Source: Heterodontus francisci (lineage: Eukaryota). From it: a stretch of DNA of 64,000 bases. A model generated the notes under the pieces. The model saw nothing but the letters and a program-made list of their open reading frames with translations. It was not told the origin of the DNA and ran no database searches. Shown one piece after another: positions 62,357-64,000 of the stretch. The stretch covers positions 61,319,247-61,383,246 of the forward strand of contig NC_090392.1 in assembly GCF_036365525.1 (NCBI RefSeq). Reading direction: 5' to 3'. The translations under genes and the position numbers were made by a program. The stretch's first letter is position 1; each line of letters starts with the position of its first letter.

Positions 62357-62524
62357 TGTAAGCACTGATGTACCTTTTCATATGTCAATTCCATTTATAA
62401 TAACATCTGGTCACTCGCCGCCCCAGTCTTGTGTTCTTTGAGACAAGTCCCAGGGTAATTTTTGCCAGAACATGGTAGGATGAGCAGTAATTTTGTTGCT
62501 CTCTGTTGTACCCTCTCTAACATT

Positions 62525-63060
62525 GTCTTTTGTATTGCTGAAAACAAACATTTTGTCAAAGCTTTTCATATTGTGCTCATCAGGGCAACTCTCAAGAATA
62601 CCAATGTAAGGGAAAGCAACAAACTTGTGTGAAAAGAGAGTGCTGATTGATTGGCAAGTGGACTCTGGTAGAGGTGTTGCCATGGAGAATACGCCAGTTT
62701 ATGGTGACTGACAGTTAACTGCCAAGCTTTGTTTGAAATTTAAACCAGGCAGCTTGACTCCGGTCAAGGCATTGACCTGTGGAAGGAACCAGCAAATGGC
62801 TGTCACTTATTTTGTTTAGCTGAAACAGGTGCAATGTGTGTACATGTTCTTTCTGTCTGCAAAGAAAAGGGCCCTGTGTATTAGTATATGTAGCTTCCGA
62901 ATGCGCCACCCTGCGAGCCCTAACCATCTTAAATTGGTTGTTTGTCAGCGTAACTCTTAGCATACTGAGGATTATTTAGCAAATGTTGTCCAATCGTGGA
63001 ATCACATCTAATGTTGGACACTCCTTTTGAGTTTTAGCAAGCGTAGGCTGGTTGGGAATG
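62525..63060 (-). mobile_element. Second-family Penelope-like element 3' end (GIY-YIG C-terminus plus hammerhead motif)
   Basis: Minus strand reads DSTIGQHLLNNPQ...NQFKMVRAR..EATYTNTQGPFLCRQKEHVHTLHLF, then CTGATGAG..GAAA AGCT TT at 62553-62589. Confidence 0.8.
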
Positions 63061-64000
63061 GTCTGTACCTTGGAGGAAGTTAGATTAAAATAAGTTATAA
63101 GGTATTTAGATCTAGATTTATCTTAACCGTGTTTAAGATTTTAGTTTTTTTAATAAATAGCTAACTTGTTGTCTAAAGATAACTGGTTTGGTCTGTTTTA
63201 TTGGGGTTACTGGAGTGTTTAATTTGGCTGTTTTCCCATTGGAGTGATCGGATTGAATTGACAGTGTGTTGTTCCCGCCGCGGTCGTAACACTTGGTACT
63301 GAGGGAAGAAAGCAGTGAAGGTATTTCGGTGAGAAACTTGGGTAGACTGTCGAGCATGAGGATTTTAAATGAAAGTCATGACCAGTCCAGGAGTAATTTT
63401 GGGTGATAATGGTCACTGACAAATTATTCCTACGTGGAGGGGGTGGGGGCATGTGGTGGAAGATTCAAGGGTGGCTTTCAAAAGGGGATTGGATAAGCAT
63501 CTGAATAGAAAATATTTGCAGGGAAATGGGACCAGCTGAACTGCCCATTGTGTAACAGTTGGTAAGCAAGCAAATTTCTGAGTTGACTGTTTTTGAGCCT
63601 CTTTTGCATATATAGGTTTTATTTCTTGGTCATCAACCAAGTTATAACTTATTCTGCAATGATATCATTAATCCACCAATGTGGGCCATTGAGATGGAGT
63701 ACCCTTTTCCATGTCTGAGACTATTGGGCAAAGATTTTAGGAGCTCAGATGAATGTTGAGCTGCACGATTTATCGTTTTGATTGAGCGTCTGAGATTATG
63801 TTTTTGTAATTCCTTCTGGCTATGTATTTTGGGGTTAGCATGGTTTTGATTTACACAAACTGTGAACACTCATACTTTTCAGTGCCTCTAGGTTGTGAAA
63901 CAGCTTCATATATCCCAACTTTTACAGGGACAGTTCCTTATTTTTCCCCCTGTTCCATCTGGATAATTTTGAAGACATAGAAGCCTTCCTTCTGTGACTG

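Noticed and set aside
63060-64000. Search for the last RBM7 exon
   Set aside because: No acceptor-led ORF resembling the Ser/Arg/Asp-rich RBM7 C-terminus was found; it likely lies beyond the window.

Overview
Vertebrate genomic DNA, most likely a cartilaginous fish (shark), judged from its CR1/RTE/L2 LINEs, Deu- and V-type SINEs, Penelope elements and the protein sequences. Four spliced genes were rebuilt by hand from GT-AG junctions. (1) The 3' five coding exons of a CLMP-like Ig-superfamily adhesion gene (+, 4184-14676; 5' exons lie upstream of the window). (2) A complete AAMDC (-, 33671->28256, 122 aa). (3) A complete REXO2 oligoribonuclease (-, 48419->40945, 7 exons, 267 aa). (4) The first four exons of RBM7 (+, 58868-61909; last exon not found in the window). 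REXO2 and RBM7 are divergent here. The rest is repeat-rich intron and intergenic DNA: truncated LINEs, SINEs, Harbinger-like MITEs, three solo LTRs (two with exact target duplications, one with a near-match) and a decayed Gypsy element. The most notable non-coding signals are: Penelope-derived elements carrying minimal hammerhead-ribozyme motifs, including a TSD-flanked fold-back copy and a copy at the REXO2 promoter; a 96-bp near-perfect inverted repeat in RBM7 intron 4; a copy of the AAMDC 3'UTR with its polyA signal inside the last AAMDC intron; a 33-bp-periodic ETS array in the RBM7 promoter; and a promoter-like island inside REXO2 intron 5. No database searches were run. Gene names come from recognising the translated sequence, and repeat boundaries without a TSD are approximate.
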